From Tubiluchus corallicola (lineage: Eukaryota; Animalia; Priapulida), in NCBI GenBank assembly GCA_030141605.1, contig JAQGDQ010000033.1, positions 248,001 to 312,000 of the forward strand: a stretch of DNA of 64,000 nt, given 5' to 3'. Position numbers and translations under genes: made by a program. The stretch's first letter is position 1, and each line of letters starts with the position of its first letter. This document shows, one piece after another, positions 61,587 through 64,000 of this stretch. The notes beneath the pieces are model-generated. The model worked only from the letters and a program-made list of their open reading frames with translations, ran no database searches and was not told the origin of the DNA.

Positions 61587-61766
61587 CTACTCAAACATTT
61601 CGTTCTGATCTTCTTCATGAAGAACAACTCCCTGTTGAGATGCTAGTGAATGTAGAACACTGAGTATGCGAGCATTCTGTGAATTAAGCCTCTGCACACG
61701 TTGGTGGACATCGTCCAGCTGTCTCCGCATGTCTTCGTTTTGATCTTTGAGACGCTTTAATGCATC
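61587..61766 (-). CDS. Last coding exon of a minus-strand gene; coiled-coil tail, probable TRPA1-like channel
   Basis: DALKRLKDQNEDMRRQLDDVHQRVQRLNSQNARILSVLHSLASQQGVVLHEEDQNEMFE*; T-rich ..gaag acceptor; phase 0 matches the previous exon. Confidence 0.7.
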   Translation of the reverse strand, partial: DALKRLKDQNEDMRRQLDDVHQRVQRLNSQNARILSVLHSLASQQGVVLHEEDQNEMFE

Positions 61767-62101
61767 CTTCGCATAAAAAAGATTGTAGAACTGTATATGA
61801 CTTGGTTTAGAAAATACAACTGAGAATTTACGTGTTGAAAAATAATTTCATTAGCTGAATTACTACTGGGAGTAGCATAAAAATGAATTATTCTGAATAC
61901 TTGTTTATTATACAACACAGGAATTTAAAATATAGTCACTATATCTAACATTGATTAACGTTTGCCAATACCTATAGAATCTGCAACTGTGTGATGTTAC
62001 GAACATGCCGTGGGCTAGGTGACTAACAAGTAAGGCAAGGTAAAAGGACTCAAAACTAATGTGGGTATTTCTCGCATGCAACAAAAAGTGCACTTACTAA
62101 A

Positions 62102-62260
62102 GGCCGAAGTTTACAATTCCCCCATATAGTTCATAAAGCAGATTAGTATTAGGGTTAGAATTAGGATTAGGGTAAGGGTTGGGATTAGGGTAAGGGATAG
62201 GGTTAGGGCTAGGGTTAGGGTTAGGGTATTTAAATTGAGTGGGGAATTGTAAACTCCTTC
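62102..62260. mobile_element. MULE-like MITE carrying (GGGTTA)n telomere-like repeats
   Basis: Inverted repeats agtttacaattcccc / ggggaattgtaaact; 9-bp direct repeat cttactaaa on both flanks. Confidence 0.75.
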
Positions 62261-62907
62261 CTTACTAAATTTATTCTGATGTATTAATGTTCCAAATATG
62301 GACTTTTTGTTTGCACAATATGCAATGCATGCAGAGAATGGTGCTGCACAGTTTAATATAATGGGAATTTGTTCATTAATATGCACAGAAATACTACAGA
62401 CTTCACTCAAAGCCTATAGTATTTTTATAGGCATTATAGTATATTAGGTATGTTGGAGTTTTCACTACAAAGCATATTACTGCATTATATGGTAACCAAA
62501 TCTCAAAACATGCTGATGGAATATATTTTGAAAATTGAATATAATTCAAATATACTCTTTGGGTCCAAATGCCTTTACTAATCAAATATGATACTTGATG
62601 CATTCATTTCTAAGATATCTCAGATATTAGGTAGTCTGCAAAAAACCTCAGAGACCATTTCTTTGCTAATTTGGTCAATTTGTGATAATTCTTAGAACCA
62701 CCTTTTAAATTCAGTGTTATTAAAGTGAGTGATAAATAAGTTTCGCCACTTTAGAAAAAATAAACTCTAGGCTTCCATTTTTCTAAGAAAATCATTTGAT
62801 CTAGTAAAAGAATCTCGATCTGATGCTTTTGCATCCAAATGAAATTGATGCAAATTTTCACTTATTACATAATAACCACCAAGTACAAATAAGAAAAAAT
62901 AACTAAC

Positions 62908-63031
62908 CTGTTCAGTTTCTTGTTGTGCATTTATTCCTCTGATTATATCAATTCCAGAACGATACATGTAACGTGTCCAGAAGTGCTTCTTGTAGATGTT
63001 TGGTCTGACCTTTTCAGATTGGATGACAAAC
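62908..63031 (-). CDS. Penultimate exon of the probable TRPA1-like gene (remainder beyond the window)
   Basis: FVIQSEKVRPNIYKKHFWTRYMYRSGIDIIRGINAQQETEQ; tttttag / gttagt boundaries. A V.PN motif before a coiled coil resembles TRPA1 C-termini; family assignment is tentative. Confidence 0.65.
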
Positions 63032-64000
63032 CTAAAAACGTTGTGGTTATGGATAAATATAAATTTATATTACGGCAACAAAAGACATAGCACACAACTT
63101 TGTATAACAAACCGAGGAACAAAACATCATAAGAAAAACAGCCCATATCGCTAGACAAACAAGCATAGGTTTCAATTCAGATTACAATACACAAAATATT
63201 TGGAACTTTTTGCTAGTTACGTCTTTCTTATTTTTTTAAAAGTTTTTGTGAACTATAAACTCACAATTTCATAAGCATCACATAAATCATGTACAACCTG
63301 ACTGGACAGCAGTGATTACAATTTGTGTTAAAATGAGGGATCTGGAAAGGATTAGTTCTTAAATTCTACAGCAGGGTGGAGGGACATAAGATGGATCTGC
63401 TAAACTGAATCTCTACAATCATGCTTCAGCTGTCTTACCCTCGGATTCTATTTATCAAAAGAAATTAGCTTGTTTAGCAAACAGTGCGGTGTACCATGAC
63501 AAAAACTAATGTACCAATCAGCTTGCAATTGCAAGTTAATGAAATTATAGTAGGAGCCATCCCCTTAAAACTTATAAATACAGCATTTACAATACACAAC
63601 AGTTTAAAACTACATTGACCAGTATGTGTAATGTTGAAAAAACAGCATTACTAAGAGCTGACATAATGAAAGCCACGTTAAACAAACATCAACAGAATAT
63701 ATTTTGTCCAACTGACATGTATTATTGGATGCCATTAAGGGAAAGGGAATAATTGCACCAAATTCATTGCATATTTAAACAAAGTGCCATGCATGAAAAC
63801 AGTAGAAAAGCAGAATTTGCACTGTGTAAAAACTGCAGTAAAAAGCCTTTACAAAGACTGACACCCAAGCATTACAATACTTATATTAGAACATTTAGAA
63901 GACTTGTGTAGAGTCAAGGATATCGGCAACGGTTTTCGCAAATGGCTTCGTTTTTATGATTATTTTGAAATCGCACACTCTCCATACTCCACTTTACTAC

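Noticed and set aside
62111-62410. LT-repeat ORF, or a true telomere
   Set aside because: Translation of degenerate (GGGTTA)n inside an intronic MITE; not a chromosome end.

Overview
AT-rich eukaryotic (metazoan, probably invertebrate) genomic DNA with spliceosomal GT-AG introns; not a prokaryotic locus. Host genes in order: 3' four exons of PDXK (+); complete 8-exon BCKDHB (-); AK9 encoded by a single ~4.9-kb coding exon (+); 6-exon LDLRAP1/ARH (+); ORC5 with an intronless CDS (+); the last two exons of a probable TRPA1-like channel (-). Introns and intergenic DNA are filled with decayed, often nested transposons: RTE-X and CR1/L2 LINEs, a Mag-like Ty3/gypsy element with only ~53-bp LTRs, hAT, Tigger/pogo, Kolobok, Helentron-associated and MULE-like non-autonomous elements. 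I found no convincing novel multi-gene system. Best leads: (i) two normally intron-rich genes (AK9, ORC5) have intronless CDSs, and AK9 may be driven from the BCKDHB promoter through an ATG-only exon 92 bp from the BCKDHB start codon; (ii) an SRE + GC-box + CArG + E-box cluster upstream of LDLRAP1; (iii) the ultra-short-LTR retrotransposon; (iv) a ~420-bp tandem duplication copying half of a BCKDHB exon with its donor site; (v) a MITE carrying telomere-like repeats. All family assignments come from recognising motifs by eye, not from database searches.
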